Shown: positions 19,421-28,109, counted from the first letter of the stretch. The stretch: 64,000 nucleotides of DNA from an uncultured bacterium (GCA_938028835.1 CALIMJ010000038.1:8808-72807); one strand, 5' to 3'. Translations and numbers: made by a program. Notes: generated by a model from the sequence alone, not told the origin.

Positions 19421-20308
19421 GTGGGACCGGACAGCTCCCTGCTGGCAGTGCGGATCGGCCTGGTGGCCCTGCAGGGGCTTGGCGCCTTGTGGGTCTACCA
19501 GGATGCCAGGCGGTGGTCCCGGGCCGCGTGGTGGTGGGGCCTGTTGGTGGCCGCAGGCGGGCCAGTGACCTTCCCCGCGTACGTGTTGCTGTTCCGGCCA
19601 CCCGCCGGGGAGTGGGGTGCCGCAGAGGTCCTCGCGGTGGCGAGTTTCGGGTTGCTCGCGGTCCCGCTGGCTGCCGGCCTGTTGGTGTACCCGTGGGAAG
19701 GGTTCGGGGCCGTGGCCACGGCGGTGGTGGCGCAGAGTGCGGCGCTGCTGGCAGGCTGCTGGCAGGTGCTGCGGCGCTACCGGCGGACGTGGTCCGGGCT
19801 GGGCCTCAGCCGGGCGGGCGCGCCGCGGTGGGCGGCGGTGGGAGTGGCGGCGGGGATTCCTCTCGTGGCCGCGGTCCACTACGCGGTGCAGCCCGCCGCG
19901 GTGTACCTGCTGGGACTGGTGGTGGGCCAGGAGCGCGCCCGAACCCTAGCAGAGCTGGAGCAGTGGTCCAATCCCCTCGTCCAGGCGATGCCCCCTCTGA
20001 GCGACTGGCCCGCGGTGGCCCTGTTCGCGGCCTTGGTGTGCGGGCTCGTGCCCCTGGCGGAGGAGGTATTCTTCCGAGGCCTAGCTTACCGCGCGGCCCG
20101 GCGCAGGCTCCCTCCGGGGTGGGCTGCGGGGCTGGTCGCGTTGGCCTTCGCCGCGGTGCACCTGCAGGTGGTGAACTTCCTGCCCATCGCGGTGCTGGGG
20201 TGGGCCTTCGCGGTGGCGGTGGAGCGCACGCGCAGCCTCGTGCCCGCGGTGGCGATGCACGCGGTCAACAACCTGGTGGCCCTCGTGGTGGCCTACGGGC
20301 AGCGGTAG
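19421..20308 (+). CDS. CPBP-family intramembrane metalloprotease (CAAX protease/Abi)
   Basis: Motifs EEVFFRG, FAAVH, HAVNN; multi-TM; 295 aa; start codon uncertain (no RBS). Confidence 0.7.
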   Translation: MGPDSSLLAVRIGLVALQGLGALWVYQDARRWSRAAWWWGLLVAAGGPVTFPAYVLLFRPPAGEWGAAEVLAVASFGLLAVPLAAGLLVYPWEGFGAVATAVVAQSAALLAGCWQVLRRYRRTWSGLGLSRAGAPRWAAVGVAAGIPLVAAVHYAVQPAAVYLLGLVVGQERARTLAELEQWSNPLVQAMPPLSDWPAVALFAALVCGLVPLAEEVFFRGLAYRAARRRLPPGWAAGLVALAFAAVHLQVVNFLPIAVLGWAFAVAVERTRSLVPAVAMHAVNNLVALVVAYGQR

Positions 20309-20666
20309 CGCGTCGGGCTTTGGGTGTGTGAGCGGCCGTGCACCCGCCGTCGACGCCACGACCGCGGCGGACCCCGCGTACCGACTCCGGCCAGGTGCCC
20401 CCGCGGCGCCCGGGAGGGTCTGCTTACCGTTGCTTCCTTCCGGACCTGGCGGGGTTCGCAGGTTCCCGTCGCGCAGGACCCAGCCGTCCTCGCCGGGGAC
20501 CGCGGACCGGACCCGTAGCCGCGCCGCCTCGGGCGGGAGTTCAGCCCCCCTATGGCGGATCGGGGGTACAGGGAACCGCCAGCTCCCCGCCTAGCACGGC
20601 CGCGCCCCGAGTATAGCACCGCCAGGAGCTCCGAGCCGGCCCCGCGAAGCAACCGCAGGAGGGTTC

Positions 20667-21617
20667 GTGTTGCGGAACTCCCAGGCGGATGTGTTCGAAC
20701 GGGCGCCCGCCCGGCCGCTGCGGCTGGGCCGGGCGGAGGTGTACGTGGGCACGTGCTCGTGGACGCGGGGTTTCGAGTCCTTCTACCCCCGGGGCTTCCG
20801 CAGTCGCCCGGAGGCGCGCCTGCGGTACTACGCCACGGTGTTCCCCACGGTGGAGGTGGACGCCACGTACTACGCCCTGCTCCCCCCGGACACCGCCCGG
20901 AAGTACGTGGCGTGGACGCCGGATGGGTTCCTGCTGAACGTGAAGGCCTTCGGGCTATTTACCGGCCAAGGCGCGGAGACAGCCCGTCTGCCGGAGGGGG
21001 TCCGGGCGCTCCTGCCGGGTGCTCTGCGGACCCGTCGGCGCGTGGTGGACCGCGACCTCCCGGAGGAGGTGGAGACGCTGTGCTGGGAACTGTTCCTGGA
21101 CTTCTGCCGGCCGCTCCGGGAGGCGGGGAAGCTCGGCTACCTGCTGTTCCAGTTCCCCCGGTGGGTCACCTACTCGGAGCGGTTCTTCCGCAGGCTGGAT
21201 TACCTGGTCCGCATGACCCGGGGCTACCGGCTGGCGGTGGAGTTCCGCCACGGGTCGTGGGTGGAGGCTTCGGTGCGGGACCGGGTGTGGGGCGCCCTGC
21301 GGGAGCGGGGCCTCGTGTATGTGGTGCCGGACGAGCCGCAGCTGGAGTGGACCGTTCCACCGGAGGTGGCGGTCACCGCGGACTGGTCGGTGGTGCGGTT
21401 CCACGGCCGCAACGCGGAGGCCTGGTCCGCCCGCGGCGCGGACGTGAAGGAGCGGTTCGACTACCTGTACACCGAGGAGGAGCTGCGTCCCTGGGCGCGG
21501 CGCGCGCGGCGGCTGGCCGCGGAGGTGGACCGGCTGTTCCTCATGATGAACAACTGCGAGCGGGGCCAGGCCGCGGTGAACGCGCAGATGCTGCTGGACC
21601 TGCTGGGGGGAGGCTGA
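20667..21617 (+). CDS. DUF72-family protein (YecE-like)
   Basis: GGAGGG RBS; DUF72 pattern (VYVGTCSWTRG..., YYATVFPTVEVDATYY, FEFRHGSW); 316 aa. Confidence 0.7.
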   Translation: MLRNSQADVFERAPARPLRLGRAEVYVGTCSWTRGFESFYPRGFRSRPEARLRYYATVFPTVEVDATYYALLPPDTARKYVAWTPDGFLLNVKAFGLFTGQGAETARLPEGVRALLPGALRTRRRVVDRDLPEEVETLCWELFLDFCRPLREAGKLGYLLFQFPRWVTYSERFFRRLDYLVRMTRGYRLAVEFRHGSWVEASVRDRVWGALRERGLVYVVPDEPQLEWTVPPEVAVTADWSVVRFHGRNAEAWSARGADVKERFDYLYTEEELRPWARRARRLAAEVDRLFLMMNNCERGQAAVNAQMLLDLLGGG

Positions 21618-21618
21618 G

Positions 21619-22551
21619 CTGAGCCCGCCGACCCTGCAGGACGTCCTGGACGCGCAAAGGCGGATCCAGCCCTGGGTCCTGCGGACCCCCGTGGTCTCCG
21701 CCTGGGCCCTGGGGATTTGCCTGAAGCTGGAGTCGCTGCAGGTCACTGGGTCGTTCAAGCCCCGGGGCGCGTTCAACCACATCCTGCGCCACCGCGACCG
21801 GTGCAGGCAGGGAGTTGTGACCGCCTCCTCCGGCAACCACGGCCAGGCCGTGGCCTACGCGGCGCGGTCTCTGGGCCTGCCCGCGGTGGTGGTGGTGCCC
21901 GAGGACGTGGTGGCGGTGAAGGAGCGGAGCATCCGGGCCTGGGGAGCAGAGGTGGTGCGGTGTGGCCGCACCACCGCGGACCGCATCGCCGCGGCCCTGG
22001 ACCTGGCACAGATCCGGGGGCTGCACTACGTCCCGCCCTTCGACGATCCGGATGTTATCGCCGGACAGGGCACGGTGGGGCTGGAAATCCTCACCCAGTT
22101 CCCTGCGGTGCGAACCGTAGCGGTGCCGTGTGGCGGCGGGGGGCTGCTCTCAGGCGTGGCCGTGGCGGTGAAGAACCTGCGGCCGGACGTCCAGGTGGTG
22201 GCGGTGGAGCCGGAGGGAGCCGCGTGCTTTTTCGCTTCCTGGAAGGCGGGCAGGCGGGTGCGCCTGAACCGGGTACAGACCGTGGCGGACGGGCTGAGGG
22301 CGGTGGAGCCGGGAGAGCTGACCTGGAGGTGTGCTTCCCAGTTCGTGGACCGCTTCGTGACCGTGACCGACGTGGAGATCCAGCGGACGGTGGTGCGCCT
22401 GTTGGAGGTGGCGAAAGTGGTGGCGGAGCCCTCGGGGGCGGCCGCGGTGGCTTACTGCCTCCGGGAACCGTCGGAGGGGACGCTGGCGGTGGTAAGCGGA
22501 GGCAACCTGGACCCGGAGCTGATGGTGCGGTGGGTGAGGGAGGCCCCTTGA
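21619..22551 (+). CDS. Threonine/serine dehydratase-like PLP-dependent enzyme; 5' boundary uncertain (first canonical start is GTG 21691)
   Basis: PLP motif LQVTGSFKPRGAFN, glycine loop SSGNHGQAVAYAA. The conserved N-terminal segment (PTLQDVLDAQRRIQPWVLRTPVV) is encoded at 21619-21690 in frame. That stretch has only a CTG as a possible start, 2 nt after the DUF72 stop. Confidence 0.65.
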   Translation: MSPPTLQDVLDAQRRIQPWVLRTPVVSAWALGICLKLESLQVTGSFKPRGAFNHILRHRDRCRQGVVTASSGNHGQAVAYAARSLGLPAVVVVPEDVVAVKERSIRAWGAEVVRCGRTTADRIAAALDLAQIRGLHYVPPFDDPDVIAGQGTVGLEILTQFPAVRTVAVPCGGGGLLSGVAVAVKNLRPDVQVVAVEPEGAACFFASWKAGRRVRLNRVQTVADGLRAVEPGELTWRCASQFVDRFVTVTDVEIQRTVVRLLEVAKVVAEPSGAAAVAYCLREPSEGTLAVVSGGNLDPELMVRWVREAP

Positions 22552-22576
22552 CATGCGAATACCTGTTCGCCATAAT
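22548..22576 (+). promoter_or_regulatory. Near-consensus sigma-A promoter TTGACA-17-CATAAT
   Basis: TTGACA at 22548-22553, 17-nt spacer, CATAAT at 22571-22576. AT-rich consensus elements stand out in a ~70% GC background. Predicted TSS ~22583, i.e. ~170 nt before the RNase-H-like ORF. Confidence 0.5.
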
Positions 22577-22753
22577 GGCCACAGAAAAGGCGTCGGGGTG
22601 CCGGTTTGGTGGCGCGCGCGTACGCGGTCGAGGGAACCCGGACGAGGCGCAGGGTTCGCAGGCTGTGGCAGGCCCTGGGGGACGACCGTCGACTCGTGCG
22701 CCTCAAGCTCTCCCTGGTGGCCGTCCTGTACCTCTGTGCGGCGACGGTGGCGC

Positions 22754-23173
22754 GTGGCGGCTAAGTGGCTGCACCTGGTGGTCGGTGCGTTCCCTCAGTC
22801 CCGGGGTAGCCGCTACGGGGTGGTGGTGGCCTCGGACGGGGTCAGCGTCCGCAGCTGGGGCGGCTGGCAGACGGAGGCGGACGAACCGGCTGCTGCGATC
22901 CGGGCGGTCCTGGAGGGGCTTTGGGTGGCTCGGTCGTTCGGCCGCAGGGTGCGGGTATGCGTTCACCCGCCGGAGGTGGCTTCTTGGCTGGGTCGGCGCG
23001 CACCGGTCCCCGACCGTCACGTTCGGTATTTCGTCCAGGTGAGGGCCCTCAGCCATACCTACCGGCAGGTGGAGTTCCTCCCGGCGAGTCCTGCGGAGGT
23101 GGAGCTGGCCCGCCGGGCCGCTGGACCGGGTGGGCCGCTGGCCGCGGGCGATCTGGAGCTTGCTTCCCGGTGA
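22754..23173 (+). CDS. RNase-H-like fold protein (degenerate); function unknown
   Basis: High-GC3 frame; VVVASDG ... QTEADEPAAAIRAVLEGL resembles the RNase HI beta1 / alphaA region, but the later catalytic Asp residues are not evident. Alternative GTG at 22736. Confidence 0.3.
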   Translation: MAAKWLHLVVGAFPQSRGSRYGVVVASDGVSVRSWGGWQTEADEPAAAIRAVLEGLWVARSFGRRVRVCVHPPEVASWLGRRAPVPDRHVRYFVQVRALSHTYRQVEFLPASPAEVELARRAAGPGGPLAAGDLELASR

Positions 23174-23222
23174 GGCCCTGAACCGCAGGGCATCCGAGGC
23201 CGTATGGACGGGTGTGGGGCTG

Positions 23223-23299
23223 TGGCGCGCCCGGAGGGACTCGAACCCCCAACCTTCTGATCCGTAGTCAGATGCTCTGTCCAGTTGAGCTACGGGCGC
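23223..23299 (-). tRNA. tRNA-Arg (anticodon ACG)
   Basis: Manual cloverleaf: 7-bp acceptor GCGCCCG/CGGGCGC, anticodon loop CUACGGA, T-loop GGTTCGAGTCC, encoded CCA. Confidence 0.85.
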
Positions 23300-23307
23300 G
23301 GGACCGG

Positions 23308-23787
23308 ATGAATTCTAGCAGAGCCCTTCCCCTGGTGTCCACGGCGCTGGTGGTGCTGCTGGCGGCGGGCGCCGCGCGAGCCGCACCGCGCGGGCGGACC
23401 CTTATCGTGCCGGGTCGGGCAGTGGGCCCGGTGGTTCTCGGGATGACCCCGCAGCAGGTGGTACGGGAGCTGGGGCCTCCCGTGGGTCCTGCCCGGGCCC
23501 ACGCGGGGGCGAAACTGTCCTGGCCGGGCCGGGGGATCACGGTGCGGCTGGACCGGGAAGGACGGGTGGACGCGGTGTTCGTGGAGAGTCCGGAGTACCG
23601 CACCGCGGGAGGGGTCGGGGTGGGTAGTAGACGGGAGGAGGTGGTGGCGGCGTTCGGGCCCGCCTCCCACGCCCAGGAGGACGGCACCACCCTCATCCTG
23701 GCATACCCCGCCCTGGGAATCTCCTTTGCCATCCGCAAGGACCGGCAGGACCGTGTGGAGCTTGTGATGGTATACCGGCCCGGCTGA
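23308..23787 (+). CDS. Secreted protein of unknown function (signal peptide)
   Basis: ATG 23308; N-terminal signal peptide ALVVLLAAGAARAAP; 159 aa. Confidence 0.5.
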   Translation: MNSSRALPLVSTALVVLLAAGAARAAPRGRTLIVPGRAVGPVVLGMTPQQVVRELGPPVGPARAHAGAKLSWPGRGITVRLDREGRVDAVFVESPEYRTAGGVGVGSRREEVVAAFGPASHAQEDGTTLILAYPALGISFAIRKDRQDRVELVMVYRPG

Positions 23788-23802
23788 GCCCCAGCGCGGT
23801 GT

Positions 23803-24909
23803 TCAGGGAGTCGCACGGAGGGTCACCACCTGCCGGGGAAGGCGGCTCAGCACCTCCGGCCCGGAAGGGCCCAGGATCACCGCCTCCTCCAGGCGGATGC
23901 CGAAATCTCCGGGCAGGTAGATCCCCGGCTCCACCGTGAAGGCCATCCCCACTTCGAGGATTTCGGAGTTCGTCCCGTGGAGGGAGGGTGGCTCATGCAC
24001 GGAAAGCCCCAGCCCGTGGCCGGTCCGGTGTAGGAAGTGGGCGCCGTAGCCCGCAGCTTCGATCACCTGCCGGGCCGCCCGATCCACATGGGAAGCCGGG
24101 ACACCCGGCTGCGCGGCTGCGAGCGCTGCCTGGAGCGCCCGGTCCACCACCTGCCACACCTCCCAGAACCGCTGGGTGGGCTCTCCAAGGAAACCCACCC
24201 GGGTCACGTCGGAGCAGTAGCCCTCCACCCTCGCCCCCAGGTCCACAAGGATGGGCTCTCCCGGCTGCAGCCGCCTGCCTCCAGGCCTGTGGTGGGGCAG
24301 GGCGCTGTTTGGACCCGAGGCCACCAGCACGAAGGGCACCTCGTCCGCTCCGGCCGCGGCCATGGCCCTCCGGGCGGCTTCTGCGACTTCTCCCTCCGAA
24401 GTCCCCACCCGGCAGGCCCGGAAGGCCGCCTGCACCCCCTCGTCCGCAACCCGAGCGGCCCGGCGCAGGGCCTCCACCTCGAAGGGGTCCTTGCGCGCTC
24501 TCAGGGGTGCCAGCAGGGCGGAGGCCAGGCAGTAGCGAGCGTGCGGCAGGCGGCTTTGGATCAGTAGAAGGTGGTCGGCCCTGAGGTCGTCCGACACCGC
24601 CACGCACTGGGGCGGTCCTCCCAGGAAGGCGAGGGCATCCAGCAGGGCGGAACCCGGGTCGTCCGCGTCCCCGTAGGCGAACACAGATACGGCGATGCTC
24701 TGCTGGACTGATTCCAGGTTCAGCCTGGGACTGACGACCGCCTGGCCGTCTGGAGTCACCAGCAGGAGGCACAGCCGTTCGTCCGCTAGCGGCGACCAGC
24801 CGCACACGTAGCGGAAGTCGTCCCCCGGTCCCAGGGCCACAAGCTCGCAGCCTGCGGCGGCCATCCGCCCACGCAGGCGCTCAAGGCGTGCGGGCTGCGG
24901 GCTGGCCAC
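23803..24909 (-). CDS. M24-family Xaa-Pro aminopeptidase/prolidase
   Basis: Creatinase N-domain plus pita-bread fold with metal ligands (HRTGHGLGLSVHE, ...EPGIY); 368 aa; begins 1 nt after the upstream gene's stop. Confidence 0.8.
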   Translation of the reverse strand: MASPQPARLERLRGRMAAAGCELVALGPGDDFRYVCGWSPLADERLCLLLVTPDGQAVVSPRLNLESVQQSIAVSVFAYGDADDPGSALLDALAFLGGPPQCVAVSDDLRADHLLLIQSRLPHARYCLASALLAPLRARKDPFEVEALRRAARVADEGVQAAFRACRVGTSEGEVAEAARRAMAAAGADEVPFVLVASGPNSALPHHRPGGRRLQPGEPILVDLGARVEGYCSDVTRVGFLGEPTQRFWEVWQVVDRALQAALAAAQPGVPASHVDRAARQVIEAAGYGAHFLHRTGHGLGLSVHEPPSLHGTNSEILEVGMAFTVEPGIYLPGDFGIRLEEAVILGPSGPEVLSRLPRQVVTLRATP

Positions 24910-25725
24910 CTACCACCACGAGAACTTCTTCCGGACCTCCCGGGCGGTCTCCGGCGCGATGTCCACGGGCAGCAGGTTCTCGTACTCGCCCATCCGCGTT
25001 ACCAGGCGGGCCCCGTTGGGTGCCCACTTGCCCTGGAACTTGCCCAGCTCCGGCACGTACGCGATGCTGCCACCCTGCATCATGATTCCGCCGTAGAACT
25101 CCCCGTACTGGCCCACGGCCAGGACCGGCATCAGAAGCTCCATGGTCCGCGCCCGGACCGCGGACTGCATGGTCTCCAACATGTAGGGCATGTCGGACGA
25201 CGCCACCATCTGGACCACGAGGATCTCCGCCCCCGCGTTGGCCAGCTTCCGAGCGATCTCGGGGACCAGCAGCTCGTAGCCGCCCAGGATCCCCACCTTC
25301 ACCCCGTGGATGGTGGTGGGCCGGTTGGGCCCCGGGTCGTACAAGCCACGCTCGGTGGGGTAGAAGACCTGCTTGTAGTGCTTGCTGATGATCTTGCCGG
25401 TGGGGGCGATGACGAATGAGCAAATGCGGGGTTTGGGGACCTTCCGGGCCCCTTTGGGCTTCGGGATCAGCTCCCGCGTGGCGCCGCAGATCACGTAGAC
25501 GTTGGCTTCCCGGGCCGCCTGGCTCAGGCGGTCGGTGATGGGGCAGGGGATGGGCATGGGTTTGACGTTGCCCAGGAAGTATTCGGAGAAGGCTACCACC
25601 GCAGCCCCCTCCCGGCCCGCCCGGCGGATGAACTCCACCGCCTTCTCCAGGTTGTCGGTGGTGCCCTCCTCCCAGGACCGGCTCTCCCCCCACCGGTAGC
25701 GGATCTGCGCGAGTCCGAATCGCAC
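24910..25725 (-). CDS. Carbon-nitrogen hydrolase (nitrilase superfamily) protein
   Basis: GTG 25725 after GGAGGTGA RBS; CN-hydrolase triad context (AFSEYF, ...K..., ICSFVIAPTGK); 271 aa. Confidence 0.7.
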   Translation of the reverse strand: MRFGLAQIRYRWGESRSWEEGTTDNLEKAVEFIRRAGREGAAVVAFSEYFLGNVKPMPIPCPITDRLSQAAREANVYVICGATRELIPKPKGARKVPKPRICSFVIAPTGKIISKHYKQVFYPTERGLYDPGPNRPTTIHGVKVGILGGYELLVPEIARKLANAGAEILVVQMVASSDMPYMLETMQSAVRARTMELLMPVLAVGQYGEFYGGIMMQGGSIAYVPELGKFQGKWAPNGARLVTRMGEYENLLPVDIAPETAREVRKKFSWW

Positions 25726-25875
25726 CGCCTCACCTCCTGGGTCGAACAGCGGTTGGTCACAAACGCGTGCGTCCGACCGCGTGTTCCGCTCGATTTTATT
25801 ACGCGCTGCAGCCGGCCCTTCTCCTGCACCGGCGCGCAGGGACCGCGGTCCGGCGGTCGAACTCTCCCCACGTCC

Positions 25876-26649
25876 ATGCCTGTACGGACGGCTGGCCCCC
25901 AGGAGTCGGAGGCGCGGCGGCGGCGCCGGGTCCGGGGGATCCTGGAAGCCCTCAAGGCCCGCTACCCGGACCCCCAGATCCCGCTGACGCACCGATCGTC
26001 CTTCGAACTGTTGATCGCCACCATTCTGTCGGCCCAGTGCACCGACGAGACCGTAAACCGCGTGACCCCGCAGCTGTTCCGCCGGTTCCCGGGCCCCCAG
26101 GCCCTCGCGCAAGCGGATCTGGCGGTGGTGGAGGAGCTCATCCGGCCCACCGGGTTCTTCCGGCAGAAGGCCCGGGCCATCGTGGAGTGCAGCCGCAGGC
26201 TGGTGGCCGAGCACGGAGGCGAGGTCCCTCCGGACATGGAAGCCCTGGTGCGGCTGCCGGGGGTGGGCCGCAAGACCGCCAACGTCCTGTTCGCGGCCGC
26301 GGAGATCGAGCGGTGGCCCGGTTGGCCGCACACCCGCAGCCGTCCCGACGGAACCGGGATCGTGGTGGACACCCACGTGACCCGCTTGAGTCGGCGGCTT
26401 AGCCTGACCGAGGAGGTGGAGGCGGAGGCCATCGAGCGGGACCTGATGCGGCTGGTCCCCCCGGAGGAGTGGTCCCGTTTTTCCCTGCGGCTCATTTACT
26501 TCGGCCGGGAGGTGTGTACGGCCCGGGATCCCCGCTGCGCCACCTGCCCGCTGCGGCGGCTGTGTCCGTCCGCGCCCTACGAAGGCTTCCCGCCGTGGAT
26601 GGTCTCGGCGGCCAGGGGCGCCGCGCGGCGGGGTCGCAGGACCCGGTAG
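25876..26649 (+). CDS. nth: Endonuclease III (DNA glycosylase/AP lyase)
   Basis: HhH-GPD (LPGVGRKTANVLF), catalytic K/D (VVDTHV), 4Fe-4S cluster C-x6-C-x2-C-x5-C; 257 aa with a ~19-aa insertion (EIERWPGWPHTRSRPDGTG). Confidence 0.85.
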   Translation: MPVRTAGPQESEARRRRRVRGILEALKARYPDPQIPLTHRSSFELLIATILSAQCTDETVNRVTPQLFRRFPGPQALAQADLAVVEELIRPTGFFRQKARAIVECSRRLVAEHGGEVPPDMEALVRLPGVGRKTANVLFAAAEIERWPGWPHTRSRPDGTGIVVDTHVTRLSRRLSLTEEVEAEAIERDLMRLVPPEEWSRFSLRLIYFGREVCTARDPRCATCPLRRLCPSAPYEGFPPWMVSAARGAARRGRRTR

Positions 26650-26662
26650 GCCCCTACGGCCC

Positions 26663-27304
26663 GTGACCGTAGAATTGACCGGACTTTCTTCGGCGGAGGT
26701 GAGGGAATTGCGCGACCCGAGGAGGGAGCGGACCCTGGTGTTGGTGAAACCCGACGGGGTGCAGAGGGGCCTGGTGGGGGAGATCCTAGCGCGGTTCGAG
26801 CGGGCCGGGCTGAAGCTGGTGGCCCTGAAGATGGTGCGGGCGCCCCGGGAGCTTCTGGAGCGCCACTATCCTGCGGACGAAACGTTCCTCCGGGCCATCG
26901 GCGGCAAGACCAAGGAGGCGTTCGAGGCCTACGGCCTGGACGTCCGGGGGCGGATGGGCACCGAGGACCCGGTGGAGGTGGGCCGCCAGGTGCGGGAGTG
27001 GCTGGTGGAGTTCATGGCGTCTGGCCCCGTGGTGGCGGCGGTGGTGGAGGGCGTGCACGCGGTGAGCGCGGTCCGCAAGCTGGTGGGGCAGACGCTGCCC
27101 GTCTTCGCGGATCCAGGGACCATCCGCGGAGACTGGAGCACCGACTCACCCACCCTCGCCAATCTCGAGCAGCGGCCGGTTCGGAACCTGGTCCACGCCT
27201 CGGGAACCCTGGAGGAGGCGGATTACGAGATCCGGCTCTGGTTCCAGGAGGACGAGATCCACTCCTACCGCAGGGCCGACGAGGCTGCCCTGTTCGGCAG
27301 CTGA
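26663..27304 (+). CDS. ndk: Nucleoside-diphosphate kinase, long variant
   Basis: ERTLVLVKPDGVQRGLVGEILARFERAGLKLVALKM N-terminus and NLVHASG (His-loop variant of NxxHGSD); 213 aa versus a typical ~140. Confidence 0.65.
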   Translation: MTVELTGLSSAEVRELRDPRRERTLVLVKPDGVQRGLVGEILARFERAGLKLVALKMVRAPRELLERHYPADETFLRAIGGKTKEAFEAYGLDVRGRMGTEDPVEVGRQVREWLVEFMASGPVVAAVVEGVHAVSAVRKLVGQTLPVFADPGTIRGDWSTDSPTLANLEQRPVRNLVHASGTLEEADYEIRLWFQEDEIHSYRRADEAALFGS

Positions 27305-27329
27305 GAGGGCAGACGCCGCAGGCCGTGGC

Positions 27330-28109
27330 CTACCCCGGCCGCTCTAGACCAGGGATGCGGGCAAGGACCCACGCGCCGGCCTGGACCAGCCACCCCGGCT
27401 CGAGTCCGCCGGCGAGATCCTCGGGCGCTACGAGGTCCACCACGACACCTCCCACGTCCACCCGCAGGTTGACGAAGGGCCGGCGGGTGAGGGGGTTGGT
27501 GCGGCGGTGCAGCTGCTCCACGGTGCCCGCGATCCACGCGGTGGCGTCGGGTCTGTCCCCATCCGCGCCCTCGTCCAGGCTGGTGTGCCAGGTGCTGGCA
27601 AAGGTCCGGGGCGGCAGGCGGAACCCCGTGGCGTGCTGACTCGCGGCCCACTCCAGGCTGTCCCGGAAGCCCACCAGAGCGTCCGCGAAGCACGCCAGCT
27701 CCAGGTCCATGGACGCTGGCAGGGGAGGTAGGTACTGCACCACGCAAAGGAAGTCCACGAGGTCGCAGACCAGGGGGAACCGGCCGCTGTATGGCTCTGC
27801 GGGGTCTGTGGGGTCCAGCCACACCTCCCCCCACCCTTCCTCCGGGTTTTCAGGATCGTGTCCGACGGCGACGACCGCAGCCCGGTGACGGGCGCCGGTC
27901 TCAAAGAAGGGGAGCAGCCCGAGGGGCTGCCCGGTAGGCCCGAGCTCAGCCCAAAGCTCCACCCCGTCCCCCACCTGCCACCGCCGCAGGCCGAATCCGG
28001 GCTCCGCAGCGAGGGGTTGGCCCAGCCGCGCCGCTTGCTCCGCGAGGGCCTCCACGTCGGAGCCCCGTGGGAGCTGGAACCCCACGCAATCGAAGTACGT
28101 CATCATCAA
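27330..28109 (-). CDS. Hypothetical protein (no recognisable domain)
   Basis: 259-aa high-GC3 ORF starting MMMTYFDCVGF...; no motif I can assign. Confidence 0.45.
   Translation of the reverse strand: MMMTYFDCVGFQLPRGSDVEALAEQAARLGQPLAAEPGFGLRRWQVGDGVELWAELGPTGQPLGLLPFFETGARHRAAVVAVGHDPENPEEGWGEVWLDPTDPAEPYSGRFPLVCDLVDFLCVVQYLPPLPASMDLELACFADALVGFRDSLEWAASQHATGFRLPPRTFASTWHTSLDEGADGDRPDATAWIAGTVEQLHRRTNPLTRRPFVNLRVDVGGVVVDLVAPEDLAGGLEPGWLVQAGAWVLARIPGLERPG

Noticed and set aside
22550-23310. Mobile element / integrated island at tRNA-Arg
   Set aside because: No integrase, transposase, direct repeat of the tRNA 3' end, or GC-content shift is visible. Only the odd promoter/leader/RNase-H-like arrangement is noted as a finding
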